NCBI GenBank assembly: GCA_013239625.1 | Contig: MU053557.1 | Coordinates: 4,556,123-4,620,122, forward strand | DNA: 64,000 bases | Source: Lama guanicoe | Taxonomy: Eukaryota | Direction: 5' to 3' | Shown: positions 63,400 through 64,000 of the stretch, piece by piece | Numbering within the stretch: the stretch's first letter is position 1 | Layout of the letters: the number at the start of each line of letters is the position of its first letter | Notes under the pieces: generated by a model | The model's input: the letters and a program-made list of their open reading frames with translations, nothing else | Databases searched by the model: none | Told to the model about the DNA's origin: nothing | Made by a program: the position numbers and the translations under genes

Positions 63400-64000
63400 G
63401 TGGTGTCTGTTAAGTAAATGACTCCTCAAAGAGGAGACTTCCCTGTGGATCAGTTTTCTCTGAGTGTCAGCTACTCCCCAGGGCTAGTGTAGGATGCTGA
63501 TAGCTATCTACCTTGTCTTGATGTTTCATCCCTAATTTTACCACCTCTGACCAGCGGAGATAGAGTCTGTCCACGAGAACTTGAAGGGGACTCTTCATAG
63601 GTAGAAGGTCCCCAGAGAAGAGGACCGCAGTGACTTGGTATTCCACAGTCAGTCTGTCTGCAGAAAACACACTCCCCCCTCACCCCCTATTCTGGTCATT
63701 GTGCACGACTGTAGCGTTTCAGCAGTGCAACGGCATTTACAGCCACAGGATTGTGCTTCTGCCTGCCTAGCTCCTGGGAATGTCCTCCACGGTGGATAAG
63801 AATTGGTTTGTTCATTTGTTCACACAACAAATATTTACTGACCACCAACTGCGCCAGGCATATTGCTGGAAATATAGCAGTAAATATAACAGGCATGGTC
63901 CTTCTCTTCATGGATCATATAGGGGCCAGCTGGTGGCCATCATGATGGAACATGTTTTATTTGCCCTACACCAGGTTTTCAATGAACTTGAATTATTTGC

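Noticed and set aside
63555..63600. Candidate ABLIM3 exon (EIESVHENLKGTLH)
   Set aside because: It does not match the expected continuation IPYQQNPYNPRG; the next ABLIM3 exon appears to lie outside the window.
1..64000. CRISPR arrays, operons or other prokaryotic systems
   Set aside because: The sequence is intron- and retroposon-rich mammalian DNA with no repeat-spacer array.

Overview
Mammalian genomic DNA, most likely a camelid (two Vic-1-type tRNA-derived SINEs). The window covers the head-to-head SH3TC2 / ABLIM3 locus. SH3TC2 is on the minus strand (coding exon 1 at 11053-11104, exon 2 at 208-306; the rest lies left of the window). ABLIM3 is on the plus strand (5'UTR exon 1 ending 57171, first coding exon 57544-57643; the rest lies right of the window). 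Two unusual structures stand out. (1) The intergenic region is an old tandem duplication of the divergent SH3TC2-ABLIM3 5' unit. It left a decayed ABLIM3 promoter/exon 2 (~22.7-23.55 kb) and decayed SH3TC2 exons 9 and 1 (~25.0 and ~37.1 kb). Background identity between copies is roughly 65-75% by eye, but three tracts (SH3TC2 promoter, an upstream element, ABLIM3 promoter) are about 96-99% identical, which points to ongoing gene conversion focused on regulatory DNA. (2) The CpG island in SH3TC2 intron 1 (~1965-2957) is a retroposed, poly(A)-tailed, TSD-flanked fragment of the pre-rRNA 5' external transcribed spacer that begins at the A'/01 processing motif. The rest is ordinary L1, L2, MIR, MLT1 and hAT repeat debris. 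Gene and repeat names come from recalled sequence, not database searches; identities are hand estimates and repeat boundaries are approximate.
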